From Octopus vulgaris (Eukaryota): a stretch of 64,000 nucleotides of DNA. The translations under genes were made by a program, and so were the position numbers. Positions 13,836 through 27,456 of the stretch are shown piece after piece; the first letter of the stretch is position 1, and every line of letters starts with the position of its first letter. The notes beneath the pieces are model-generated. The model was not told where the DNA came from, searched no databases, and saw only the letters and a list, made by a program, of their open reading frames with translations. The stretch is taken from contig OX597824.1 of the NCBI GenBank assembly GCA_951406725.2, forward strand, positions 13,764,001 through 13,828,000. Direction: 5' to 3'.

Positions 13836-14115
13836 GATTCTGTGTGTGCGTATATGAGCATGTACGTGCATGAAGGCGCATAAAATTGTTTTTATTATTT
13901 TATTTATTTATTTTTTTTTTTCGTGAATGCGTTCGTTTAATCACATGATAATTCCAAATCCCGTTTCTAAACATACACCCAATGAACTAAAAGCTTAACA
14001 ATGGCAGCCGCTATTATAGAAAACAGATCTCTGGATTGATATGTTGGTTTATGATTCTAGGTTAAAGGTAAACATTGCTATGGCATCATTGAGACTTAAA
14101 GGTTAGAGGCAAAGG

Positions 14116-14700
14116 TTGTTGTTGCTGTTGTTGTTGGTGGTGGTGGTGCTGGTGTTGGTGGTGTTGGTGGTGGTCGATGTCGTCGTTGTTGTCATGGCGA
14201 TGATAGTGGTCGATAGGCTAGTAGTGGGTGTTGGCGGTGAAGGTGGTTGTTTCAATGGCTCTGGTAACTTTTATTGGTTGTTTTCGAATGTTTTTAGGGG
14301 AAGTGAAGGTGATGCTGGTGGAGATGGGGAAGGGGGTTCTGCTAGTGGTGGTGGTGGTGGTGGTGGTGGTAGTCGGTGTTGTGTTGGTTCATGATGTCAG
14401 TGGTGGTGGTTGTGGTGGTGTTGGTGTTGGAAGCTAAATTAATGGTAGTTTTTGCGCTGATGGTAGTGGTTGCCGTTCTGGTTGAGGTTGTGTTGGTTAT
14501 AGTCGTTTTGGTGGTGGCGGCGGCTGCGGTGTTGGTGGTGGTATTGGTAGTGCTGCTGCTGGTGCTGGTGGTGGCAGCGGCGGTGGTGGTTGCTTTGGTA
14601 GTGGTGGTGGTGGTGATAGTGGCGATGGTGGTGAGAGTTGGTGTTAATGGTTATGGCATTTGTATTCTTGGCGATGGTGGTTGTGGTCGTGAGATGGTGA
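14116..14700. repeat. Degenerate (GGT)n-rich low-complexity tract
   Basis: Direct reading. Confidence 0.9.
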
Positions 14701-15094
14701 GGTAGCCGTGACTGGTTGCTAATAGAAACGCTGTGGTCAGAATGGTATTGATGGTTATCATACGGGTCTTGTCCTTACTGATGTTGTCATGATCGTCGAC
14801 ACCCTCGTCATCGCTATCAGCTCCAAGTCACCCTGGCTGAGCAGACCTATAGTCGAAAGTACTCTAGGACCATCAAGTCAGATTTTAATGCTTATATCTA
14901 CAATGGTTTCAAATTTTGGTACAGAGTCAACAGTTTAGGAGAGGAAGAGGAAGTCGATTACAGCAACCCCAGTACATGACTGGTACTTCGATTAATCGAA
15001 TCGAAACTTCTGAAACGCAAAGTCGACCTCGGCGGAATTTCGCTTATTTCTGTTGTATCCCGATGTATTTTACATTCTTTTTGTATCATTTTTA

Positions 15095-15710
15095 TTCTTT
15101 TCGAATAAATCGAACCCAGGACTTATTCTTTGTGAGCCTAGTGCTTATTCTATCAGTCTCATCTTGCCGAACGTGTAAGTTACGGGGGGTATAAACACAC
15201 TAACATCGATTGTCAAGCGATGGTGTGGGGACAGACACAGATACAAATAAACACATACATACATATATATATATACATTTATATATACACACACATATGT
15301 GTGTGTGTGTGTGTGTGTGTGTTTGTGTGTGTGTGCGTGTGTCTTTCTAAAATCAATCCAAACATGAACAAGCAAGAAAAAACAACAACGCGAGGACATG
15401 GAAGAAGTACAGTGTTATTGGACGCTCAGGTAAGGAAAGAAAAGAAAGAGGATTTCATGTTTTGAGCGGGGCTCTTCATCAGAAATATAGAAAAAGTCCA
15501 AAGAAGGGAAGACAGAGAAAAAAAATCACAAACGATACACACGCGTTCAGGCTTCTTTCAGTTTCTGTCTACCAAATTCACTCACACGACTTTAGTCGGC
15601 CCGACAGAGGCTATAATAGAACACACTCGCCCAAGGTGCCACGCAATGCGACTGAAACCGGAACCATGTTGTTGGGAAGCAAGCTTCTTACCACACAGCC
15701 ACTCCTGCTC
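15095..15710 (-). mobile_element. SINE family A interrupted within its internal microsatellite by an HHR-bearing family E element (about 15350-15547)
   Basis: 3' half at 15095-15250 and 5' half at 15548-15710; the insert is homologous to 47049-47186 and has a decayed HHR at 15452-15486. Confidence 0.8.
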
Positions 15711-15816
15711 TTAAGGATGTCAGGATATGATCTGAGAGACTAGGCTGCTACTTGCTATTGTTTCTAGCAGATCAAACGATTAAAGAAACAGCGACTTTGA
15801 TGACATGTATTTATAT

Positions 15817-16182
15817 TAAGGAAGCACTGCGTCGGTTACGACGACGAGAGTTCCGGTTGATCCGAATCAACGGAACAGCCTGCTCGTGAAATTAACGTGT
15901 AAGTGGCCGAGCACTCCACAGACACGTGCACCCTTAACGTAGTTCTCGGGGATATTCAGCGTGACACAGAGAGTGACAAGGCCGGCCCTTTGAAAATACA
16001 GGTACAACAGAAACAGGAAGTAAGAGTGAGAGAAAGTTGTGGTGAAAGAGTACAGCAGGGATCACCACCATCCCCTGCCGGAGCCGCGTGGAGCTTTAGG
16101 TGTTTTTGCTCAATAAACACTCAGAACGCCCGGTCTGGAAATCGAAACTGCGATCCCTAACCACTGGGCCATTGCATCTCCA
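15817..16182 (-). mobile_element. SINE family C (tail I) with 12-bp TSD and a short deletion in the head
   Basis: Highly similar to 9268-9644; atgtatttatat at 15805-15816 and 16183-16194. Confidence 0.92.
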
Positions 16183-16204
16183 ATGTATTTATATGTGGGT
16201 TTAG

Positions 16205-16239
16205 TAAAGTTAATGTTACCGAAGGCAGCAGCAGCAGCA

Positions 16240-16275
<36 letters not shown>

Positions 16276-16502
16276 TAGTAGTAGTAGGTGGAGGAGGAGG
16301 AGGAGAAGGAGGAAAGGGGCGCCAGCAGCAGCATCCGTTCAAGAATTTGGACCTGGAGATCTCCATTTTCAGCGGCTTCGAGGGCCACTTCCCAGCGGTG
16401 TCGGGCGTCAACGAAAAGCCCTCGACTACAACAAGACGACCAAAGTTTGTTTCTTTCCAAGGTCTGGGGTCTCCCGCCCCTAAGCCCTCGACCATCACCT
16501 AA
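16205..16502 (+). CDS. Candidate coding exon fragment, unknown product
   Basis: GC/CpG-rich island with a stop-free frame ...GGGEGGKGRQQQHPFKNLDLEISIFSGFEGHFPAVSGVNEKPSTTTRRPKFVSFQGLGSPAPKPSTIT* and many G/C third positions. It has no start codon, only a weak acceptor, and no family I recognise. Confidence 0.25.
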
Positions 16503-16537
16503 TCACCCTTACCCGTCTTGTGGCTGCAGCAGCAGCT

Positions 16538-16603
<66 letters not shown>

Positions 16604-16658
16604 AGCCGCAACAGCAGTGTGGTTTGATAATTAAACAGAATCTATCGTTAATGGTTTT

Positions 16659-16842
16659 CAGTACCGCCTTAACTCAGGGGACACACTGGGCAATTGTCCC
16701 GGGCCTTCGCATGTTTAGGGGACGCAATCGAGATCTATATACATGCTGTGGTTGTTTGCTTTCGATAAATAACTACAATAGGCCCCCAGTACCCAGAATT
16801 TTCCCGGGGGGTGGTGGCTGGAATACTGTTCGGACGTCCCCG
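16659..16842. mobile_element. Decayed hAT-like MITE
   Basis: Imperfect TIRs cagtaccgccttaac / gttcggacgtccccg, subterminal gggcaattgtcccggg; 8-bp flanks atggtttt / gtggtatt match at 6 of 8 positions. Confidence 0.5.
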
Positions 16843-16859
16843 GTGGTATTGATGGCTTG

Positions 16860-17443
16860 AGGAGTGTTAGTGATGTTGGTCATCGTAGTACCATTAGTAG
16901 TACCATTAGCGTAGTACCGCTAATGGTCAGTGGCATTGGTGATTTCGTGGTTACTGATAACGATGTGGTAGAGGTATTGTTATCGGTGGTAGTTTTATTG
17001 TGGTAGCGTGGTTGGGAAAGTAGTACAGGTGTTAGTATTATGCTGATTCCAGTTGTGGTGGTTGTCTTGTAGTGGATAATGGTATAGGGGGTGGGGCTTG
17101 TTTGGTTGCGGTAGAAGTAGTAGTGGCGGATGTGTGATAGTGGAAAAGGTGGTAGTACTTAATATGGGGCTGGTATTGCTTCGAATTGATGATGGTGGTG
17201 GTGGTGGTGTTGGAGAAAGCTGTGGTGGTAATGATACCATTGATGGTGGTGGTAGATGGGTGGCAGTAGTGTTGTTGCTGTTGTTGTTGTTGGTGGTGGT
17301 GGAGTAGTGATGAGGCTGTGGTAGTAGTACTTATTGAAGTGATGGTGGTGGTGGTGGTGGTGGTGGTGGTGGTAGTGGTGGTGCTGCTGCTAGCGGTGGA
17401 GGCTATGGTAGTGGTAGTGGTGGTGGTAGAGAATGTGTTGCTG

Positions 17444-17482
<39 letters not shown>

Positions 17483-18938
17483 TGGGTCGTTGTGGCTGCG
17501 GTGGTGAGGATAGCAGTGGCAGTGGTAGCTGTAATGGAAGTTGTGATGTTAATGGTGGAGGAAGTGGTACTTGTAGTGGTGGTGGGGAGGCTATATTACC
17601 GGTGGTAGTGGTGGCGGTGGTGTAGGTGGTGGTGGTGGTGGTGGTGGTGGTTGTGGTGGTAGAGGTGGTGGTGGTGGTGGTGGCTTTGGTGTTGGTGTTG
17701 GTGGTCGTCATAATAACAACGATAATGGTAATGATGGTTATAGAAGCGGCGGTGACGATGTTGGTATTGGTGGTGGTGGTGGTGGTAGCTTTGGTAATGA
17801 TTGTTTTGAAGGTGGCAAATGATTAATACCATTAATGAGGAGAAGTATGAGGGGGACTGAAATGATGGAGGGAAATTATAACGTTAAGGTTCTTTTACCT
17901 GACGAGAATAACAGTTATTATAGTGATGATAGGTGGGGGGAGTGATAACAGCAAAGTAAATGGTAGTGGTGGTGGTGGTGGTGGTGGTAGTAGTGTTGGT
18001 GGTGGTGGTGGTGGTGGTGGTGGTGGTGGTGGTGGTGGTGGTGATGACAGCAAAGTAAATGATAGTGGTGGTGGTGGTGGTGGTGGTAGTAGTGTTGGTG
18101 GTGGTGGTGGTGGTGGTGGTGGTGGTGGTGGTGATGATGACAGCAAAGTAAATGATAGTGGTGGTGGTAGTAGTGGTGGTGGTGGTGGTGGTGGTGGTGG
18201 TGGTGGTGGTGGTGATGATGATGACAGCAAAGTAAATGATAGTGGTGGTGGTAGTAGTGGTGGTGGTGGTGGACGTGGTAGTGGTGGTGGTGCTCTTGCT
18301 GCTGCTGCTGCTGCTGGTGTTGGTGGTGGAGGTGGTGCTGATGGTAGTGGTAGTTATAGTGGGGGGTAAGGTGCTAGGTGGTGCTAGGTGGTGCTGGGTG
18401 CGGCTGGAGGTGTCTAGGGGGCTGCTGCTGCTGGTAGTGGTGAAGGTGATGATAGTGCGGATGGTGCTGGTGCTGGTCGTTATGTGATGGTAGTGGTGGT
18501 ACTGCTTACGGTAACGGTTATGGTGGTGGTGGTGATGGTGGTGGTGGTGGTGGTGATGGCGGTGGTGGTGGCGGTTGTGGTAATGGGGATAGAGGTAGTT
18601 ATTGTGATGGTGGTGGTGTTAGTGGTAGTGGTGGTGGTTATGGAAATGGTGGTAGTGCAAAGGTAGCAGGAATAGTGATAATGGCGATGATGTTGGTGGT
18701 GTGAACGATGGTGGTGGTGGTGGTGGTATTGGTGGTGGTAGTGGTGGTGGTGGTGGTATTGGTGGTGGTGGTGGTGGCGGTAGAACGATGGTGATGGTGA
18801 TGGAGCTAATGGCAACGATGTCAGTAATTAAAATATTTTAATGATAGCGATGACGTCGGAAGTGCCAAGTAATGAAAGCAATTAATGACGACGACGACGA
18901 CTACGACGACGACGACGACGGTGGTGGTGGTGATGATA

Positions 18939-18994
<56 letters not shown>

Positions 18995-19235
18995 GGTGGT
19001 GGTGATGATGATGATGATGATGATGATGACGACGACGATGATGATGATGATGGCGACAACGATGATGATGATGATGGCGACGGTGGTGGTGGTGATGCTG
19101 TTGGTGGTTGTGGTGGCGGTGGCGGCGGCGGCGGCGGCGGCGGCGGTGGAGGCGGTGGCAGTGGGTGTTAGGAGTAATGTTAGGGATGCTATATCGACGA
19201 GCGTGTCGGCGGCGGCGGTGGCGGTGTTGAGTTTT
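16860..19235. repeat. About 2.4 kb of G-rich trinucleotide mosaic (GGT/AGT/GAT/GAC/GGC)
   Basis: Direct reading; includes four copies of a gacagcaaagtaaatgatagt-like spacer at 17942-18245. Confidence 0.95.
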
Positions 19236-19553
19236 CCATTATAACAATTGTAGAAGGTCAAACAACGTCAGACGACGTCAAACAACGCCAAGCAGCAATC
19301 AATAATCTCAGTGGAAAATAAAATCGATAGTTTTGCTTCATGGGTGGAATATTTTATAAACTGTGACGCCACTTCACTCTGTTCCACTTTGCTCTATACT
19401 GTCACTTACGCCTATACTACCTTCTATAAAAACTATATTCTTGCCATATTGTGTTATTACATTGTCATAATACCACAGTATACCATATTGTCATAATGTT
19501 GTAATAGTGTTACACTGCGATATAATTTGTCATATTGTGTTATATAATTAAAA

Positions 19554-19945
19554 CTAGCAGTATCGCCCGGCGTTTCTCGGGTTTGTTTCGACCTTTTAGA
19601 ATTGGAACTTTTGAAAAGTAAAAATTTTGCATGATGTAGCTTGTTATTCTCTTTGAGTGAATATTTTTCTGGTTGAAATACACCGAAAAATGGCGACACA
19701 GCAGTCAAAAACTCGTAAAAAATAGGAATTTTCATAGAAAAAAAGCACCTTTTTGATGTAAATAATTTTTTGTGTTAATATGGTCCGATTTGAATTTTCT
19801 CTTCTACGGAAGGAAAAGCAAGCCTTCTTCAATCGTACTCTCAATTTTGGTCAACTTGCGCCGCAAGGTCTCGGAGGAGATAGTGTTAGTTGAAGGCTAC
19901 CAAACCTGCCATACACAGACAACTTCAGCTTTATATACAGAGAGA
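19554..19945 (-). mobile_element. Non-autonomous Helitron
   Basis: Minus strand begins A|TCtctctgtatataaagctgaag and ends cccgagaaacgccggg hairpin + cgatactgCTAG|T; inserted between A and T with no TSD. Confidence 0.85.
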
Positions 19946-21546
19946 TGGGATTATATTATTACGTTGTACTTTATTGTTGTATATTGTTAATATTACCCTT
20001 ATATTGTTCTATCTCTCTCTTCCTCTCTCATTCTCTGTCTATCTATCTTTGCGTGTCATGCCTATAGACGTCGGCGATCAAGAACTTCCACATCTAAATC
20101 TGAATATCTAATTCACGATTTTCCATTGGAAAGCTGTTGCTTTCTAGCTGTTTATTTTCAGTTACTCCTGTAAGTCTTCGGCTCTTTAGAGCGTACTCTT
20201 GAGACCCAGTATTCAATTAAAACTTAAGCATTTGGTAGTGGCTAGTTAATGTGACATCAGGGTATGTCCACTCTTGCAGAATTATGTGACGTAGCTTTTA
20301 TCTTTTTCTTACTGGAGCAACGAGCTGCAGGGATTGGTTGATCAAAGCGACTAAATCGTCATATCATGCTATAGTGTTTTGTTCATTAACTAAAATCAAG
20401 CAAAATTATAAACAAAACATTCAAAAAATGACCATTCCATCATTTTAAAACAACACAGAATTACAGTTAGTAATTTGCTTTCTCCTTTGAGACGTTGCAA
20501 TTTGGTTGTTATTTATAATACGCCGAACGATCACGGTGAGACTCATTTTATGATGTACTCTTATCTAAAACTAATCTATCGTGTTAAGCAAAATTGTGAT
20601 AAGTTTAGGATATATTATGTAGTTATATGTTATTTCATATAAGGCTATATTCTAATATATTGTGCTATCTTCCGTTCGTATCGTGTTATATTTGCTTTAC
20701 AGAGTTATATTAAATTATGAATAGTTATATTGAATTATAATATATCATTCTTTTTGTGTTTTCATGCACACGTCCTTCTTTGTAATATAGTTTCAACAAT
20801 CAAACCAAATAACCAAGTCAATATCAGCCAAGTTCCATTATCTGTTTATTGTTTTACAAAATCCTTTTGCAAAATATATTAGTCTTATGTTTCATATATC
20901 TTTCATGACATAAAATATTAATTTGTTTTTCTGATAAAAGGCAAACCTGGCGAAGCAACTGATTTTCATTATATATAGCAGATCTCTTGGAACAATTTTA
21001 CATTCAAAATGTCAATCGATTCTACTTAAGTTTTCAGCTCTGCTAACTTCAGTTCTACTTCCATTAATATGCATTCCAATAATTTAAAATTTACATTCGA
21101 CATTTCACTGTGACAATTCCGGCCTATCACTACAGTTGTTAAGTTTCGTTTCCATTGCTTCGTTCTCCAATTACATCAAGGTGCTATAGTTTTTAGCTAT
21201 ATAAGTATATTTCTTCAGCTGCGTTCTGATTCGCAGCATCATTTCTACTGTAGTTTTTTCCAATGTATATTTTTTAATTTAAGCAATGTTCCAGCCGACA
21301 AGAGAATAAAGAACAAATTCAACGAAGAAATAAGGTGTTGAACATTAAGTCATGTATAAAATTTATCTATCAATCATTCTATCTATCTATCTATCTATCT
21401 CTCTATATATATATGTATATATATCCCTCTTCACGGTCTCTGTATATATAATGTTAACACCATGTACAGACACATATATACATATATATGTATACGTACA
21501 CACGCATATGCATACATACGTATATATATATGAATTTATATACATA

Positions 21547-21593
<47 letters not shown>

Positions 21594-21952
21594 TTTGTAA
21601 TATAAATATTTTATTTTATCGAGCAGATATTTTTTCTCTTTCAATATTCCATCAAAGTCTATTACTCATAAGCAGAGAAACAAAACAGTATCGAATCAAT
21701 ATCGATATATAAATATGCGATATATTCACTTATATTTACGATGAGTGAAACGTTCATTCAAAGCTTTATAAGTCTGATAAGATATACTTTCTGCATAAGT
21801 ACACATATATTTGTGGTTTGAATTTGACTGACCTGCAGTGAATGATGAATGACAGTGGACTTTCATCTATTGTAAAACATGAACCACAGCAACAGAAACT
21901 TCATATAAGTACTGTCTGAACACGTATAATGAGGAATATACATATATACATA

Positions 21953-22462
<510 letters not shown>

Positions 22463-22519
22463 ATATATATATATATATACTCACACACACACATACACCT
22501 ACATACATATATATGTATC

Positions 22520-22910
22520 TTTACTCTTTTACTCTTTTACTTGTTTCCGTCATTTGAGTGCGGCCATGCTGTAGCACCGCCTTTAGTCGAGCAAATCGAC
22601 CCCAGGACTTATACTCTGTAAGGCTAGTACTTATTCTATCGATCGATTTTGCCGAACCGCTAACTTACGTGGAGGTAAACACACCAGCATCGGTGTGTTT
22701 ACACAAACATATATACACACATACATATATATATATACATATATACGACAGGCTTCTTTCAGTTTCCGTCTACCAAATCCACTCACAAAGCTTTGGTCGG
22801 CCCGAGGCTATAGTAGAAGACACTTGCCCATGTTGCCACGCAGTGGGACTGAATCGGGAACCATGTGGTTGGTAAGCAAGCTACTTACCACCTCAACCAC
22901 TCCTACGCGT
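22520..22910 (-). mobile_element. SINE family A, inverted relative to its neighbour
   Basis: Reverse complement of 22057-22462 with an internal deletion. Confidence 0.92.
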
Positions 22911-23028
22911 ATGTGTATATATATATAGAAATACATATATATATATATATATATATGTATCTTTACTCTTTTACTCTTTTACTTGTTTCCGTCATTTGAG
23001 TGCGGCCATGCTGTAGCACCGCCTTTAT

Positions 23029-23176
<148 letters not shown>

Positions 23177-23281
23177 CATACATATTAGCTGACTACTGTT
23201 TGTTCTAAATTATAACATAAATAATCCTCTATTTATCTAATATCGAGGTCTCATGCTTTTGTGGTTACTTTTTATCATTAT

Positions 23282-23331
<50 letters not shown>

Positions 23332-23814
23332 CATCATAAAAACTTTGTATATTTGGAAGTAATGAAATATATATTATAAATATGCATATTTGAGCTTATA
23401 GATATATATATGCACGTATGTATGTATGGACGTGTGGAGAACAGTTTTTCTTTTATATAGGTATATATTGCTTTGGAACCAAATGTTTTGTAGTGTTATC
23501 ATTTTCATCAAGATGTTCTTTCTGTTTTTCATATATTCAATATCAGTTCTTTGAATTTTGTTTTGAACAACAAACTCCTAAATCTCTCTTTAGCATTTCT
23601 AGATCTTCATAGGCTTATTTCAGGAAGAAATGACGTAGGCGAGATCCGATGTGATTGGTGTAGACATTACCGCTCGGGTTAGAATTTACAAGCCATTTAT
23701 CCTGTGCTTCTTTTTACTTATAATTAATTAATGCTGGGAAAAAATCTTGTCATGATAAATGATAGGAAAAGCCACAAATGCTTCTTTGGTTTGAATTGAT
23801 ATAGTTAACGAGGA

Positions 23815-24405
23815 AGGCGGCGAGCTGGCAGATGCCTTAGCGCGCCGGACGAAATGCTTAGCGGCATTTCGTCTGCCGTTACGTTCTGAGTTCAAATTCC
23901 GCCGAGGTCGACTTTGCCTTTCATCCTTTCGGGGTCGATTAAATAAGTACCAGTAACGCACTGGGGTTGATGTGCTCGACTTAATCCGTTTGTCTGTCCT
24001 TGTTTGTCCTCTCTGTGTTTAGCCCCTTGTGGGTAGTAAAGAAATAGAAATAGGTATTTCGTCTACCGTTACGTTCTGAGTTCAAATTCCGCCGAGGTCA
24101 ACTTTGCCTTTTATCATTTCGGGATCGATTAAATAAGTACCAGTTACGCACTGGGGTCGATATAATCGATTTAATCCGTTTGTCTGTCCTTATTTATCCC
24201 CTCTATGTTTAGCCCCTTTTGGGTAGTAAAGAAATAGGTATTTCGTCTGCTGCTACGTTCTGAGTTCAAATTCCGCCGCGGTCGACTTTGCCTTTCATCC
24301 TTTCGGGGTCGATAAATTAAGTACCAGTTGCGTACTACGGTCGATCTAATCGACTGGCCCCCCTTCCCAAAAATTTCGGGCCTTGTGCCTAGAATAGAAA
24401 AAGAT
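23815..24405 (+). mobile_element. SINE family B trimer
   Basis: One full monomer plus two head-truncated monomers starting at ggtatttcgtct; the last has the alternative tail ending ccttgtgcctagaatagaaaag. Confidence 0.92.
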
Positions 24406-24660
24406 ACATTTAACCAGGATAATATCTCCCCTCATTATTGATAACAGAATCATATCCGTTTGACAAAATTTTGATACTTCGGCTTTCAAATCCTTCAGAA
24501 TTTGAAGCAAAGGAATGCACCGAAGCATTTTCAAATTCTACACAATTAATAAACTCTTTTTCTCTCTAAAATGTCTGGAGAACGAGGAGGATGAGAAAAA
24601 ACCTGCATTTTGCCTTGTCTTAACGTGTATGAACAACTCTCTTTTACGATTGTAGTAGTT

Positions 24661-24962
24661 ATGGCGCCTGGCTTAGTTTTTAGGGTATTCGAATCACGGT
24701 CGTGAGTTCGATTCCTGGCGACGCACTATTTCCTTGAGCAATAATCTTTATTTCACGTTGCTCCTGTCCACTCAGCAGGTAAAAATAAATTGTAATAGTA
24801 ATTCAAAGGGCCAGTCTTGCCACGTTTTGTGTCACGCTGAATCTCTGAGAAATACGTTAAGAGCTCGCGTGTCTAAAGAATGATCAACCACTTGCACGTT
24901 AATTTCACTGTTTCGTTGGTAAGAGCAACTGGAATCCACATAGTAGGAACGGATGGAGTACC
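24661..24962 (+). mobile_element. Old SINE, head D with tail I
   Basis: gagttcgattcc B box, ccttgagcaa...gttgctcctgtccactcagc, then a tail homologous to that of 9268-9644. Confidence 0.7.
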
Positions 24963-24984
24963 TGGATTTTACCGTGAGTATTCT

Positions 24985-25390
24985 TTTACTCCCTTTTATT
25001 CTTTTACTTGTTTCAGTCATTTGACTGCGGCTATGCTGGAGCAACGCCTTTAGCCGAGCACGTCGACCCGAGGACTTATTCTTTGTAAGCCTAGTACTTA
25101 TTCTATCGGTCACTTTTGCCGAACCGCTAAGTTACGGGGACGTAAACGCACCAGCATCTGTTGTCAAGCGATGTTGAGGGAGGGACAAACACAGACACAA
25201 ACACACATATATATATATATATACATATATACGACGGGCTTCTTTCAGTTTCCGTCTCCCAAATCCACTTACAAGGCTATGGTCGGCCCGAGGCAACAGT
25301 AGAAGACACTTGCCCAAGGTGCCACGCAGTGGGACTGAACGTGAACCATGTGGCTGTTAAGTAATTTACTTATCACATAGCCACTCCCGA
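24985..25390 (-). mobile_element. Full-length SINE family A
   Basis: Reverse complement match to 22057-22462. Confidence 0.92.
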
Positions 25391-25801
25391 AGAACCCTCA
25401 AATTCATCATGTCAAAAATGCGACAGATCTTTCCAACTTAATATGATACTTGGGTGCTTAATTCGGCAGTGTTCCATTTTATGAAAACTCATTCTCACAT
25501 TAAACCGTCGATTCCTATAAAGTACAACTGTGTTATGAGCGAGTTAAATTTTCTGGTTTGTTATATTTTGTGTTGCATGACGAAGAATATTAAAATGTCT
25601 CTTTTGTGTGTTGCAATAGTTCGCATTTGCATGGTGAGCCGGCGGGAACGAGGAACCTATATTCCCATTATATGTATGTGTGCATGTCCCCTGGTGTATG
25701 AACACATGTATGAATAGTATGAATGAATGAATGAATGAATGTATGTATGTATGTATGTATATATGGACGAATGAAAGTATGTATGTATGAATATATATAG
25801 G

Positions 25802-25860
<59 letters not shown>

Positions 25861-26215
25861 AATATGCCTTATTGCGCAGTATGTCATACTGCGCAAATGG
25901 TCTTTTCTGTAACCTGGAATCAATTCATACCTTTTCAGTGAAACTGTGTTAACGGAAACTGTTGGGCGCGGTTCGGTGTATCGTAGCTGTTTTTAAAGAA
26001 GTGCAGCTTTGTTAGACAGTCACTTAAGGGTACATGTGCTTGAGGAATACTAGACACTTAACACTTACATGTTACTTCAGGAACAGGTACTTCAGAAGAT
26101 CAAACTGAATGACTAATATCCGCCACTACATCTACTACATATATGGAAAATCGCTGTTTCTTTGTGGCGTTGTTAGCTAAGTCCTCCAACATCGTTTTAT
26201 TGATTTGGGTGAAAC

Positions 26216-26596
26216 TTGACACGTGAGTAGAACTCATGCCTGGAAACGTCGTGACATACTTAGATTGTTGAAAAACTTTATAACACGGCCCCAGGAAGGG
26301 ACCTTTATATCTACCACATATAACTAATTTTTTTTTAAAAACCCATCGCACCTGTACAATAGTATTTTTAAATACTCAAACGAAATAACCATTTTCATTG
26401 TTTGTGTTCAGTTACATTGAATATTGATTTTTTTTCTTTGTACTATTTCTAATTTTTGCAGACAATATCACTTTCATACTTTATTTGACACGTGAGTAGA
26501 ACTCATGATTCGAAACCTCGTGATATACATAGATTGTTGAAAAATTCTATAATAGGGCCCTTCCAATGGATCGTTCTATCTACTACATATTACTAT
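26216..26596. repeat. Direct repeat of about 110 bp (26216-26325 and 26485-26596), probably transposon-internal
   Basis: ttgacacgtgagtagaactcatg...agattgttgaaaaa...tatctac occurs twice. Confidence 0.85.
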
Positions 26597-27289
26597 GTGA
26601 CCACTTGACGTATCGTCATGCCGTCGCACTTCCGGTCCCTTTTTGATGTCGTTTTCTCTGTCATTCCAACCCAAGGGAAATAACCCATACCACCTGCAGA
26701 TTTTAGCGAAGCGATCAATATTTTATTCTAACGATCAGCCGACCTAATTCTGCATTTCACAACTCACAGTTTTGAACAGCTAAACATTATTATTGCACTT
26801 CCTTAATTTGAATCTTAAAAATTAAAGACTTCATTCATACATTTTTATACATACTTTTTAGAATGCCCATTACTCCGATAATTCTGCATTTTTACAGTTA
26901 CACTTTTTCCATGACAGTAGATAAATTTTTTATTCCACAACATATTTGTAGTGGATTCATGCAGGCATAGCGCTGATCCGATCATCGATTGCCAAATTTC
27001 CCTTAACACTTAACACGGTAAAAGAGTAGTGTTTCTGTGAATGACGGCAATTATACATTTCCCAGATGCCTTCGCTAAACAGAATAATGTCTTTGCCCCT
27101 CCACAACCTTTGATAATCCTTCTCGCCAACCTCCGGCAACCTCTCTTGCCAACCTCCAACAACCTCTCCCACCTCCAGCCGACAGTTTTTTGTACTTTTT
27201 CGTGACAGAAAATACATCTTTTGTGGCAGTTATCACGAAATTACTTTCTTATATCAGAGTAATGAGGCGCTTCAATTGAACATCTTTAC

Positions 27290-27318
27290 CCCCGGGGATG
27301 ACTGGGTACACCAGCTAG
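27290..27318 (+). mobile_element. Helitron-like 3' terminus
   Basis: cccggggatgactggg hairpin + tacaccagCTAG|t; 5' end not identified. Confidence 0.55.
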
Positions 27319-27350
<32 letters not shown>

Positions 27351-27423
27351 ATTTTATTTTTAAAGGTTTCGACTCTAATATTATGGCTATGCTAGGGCAC
27401 CAAATATACGTGTATATATATAC

Positions 27424-27456
<33 letters not shown>

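Noticed and set aside
17923-19261. Gly-rich or Asp-rich structural protein gene
   Set aside because: Frames are short and interrupted, and the sequence is explained by trinucleotide slippage
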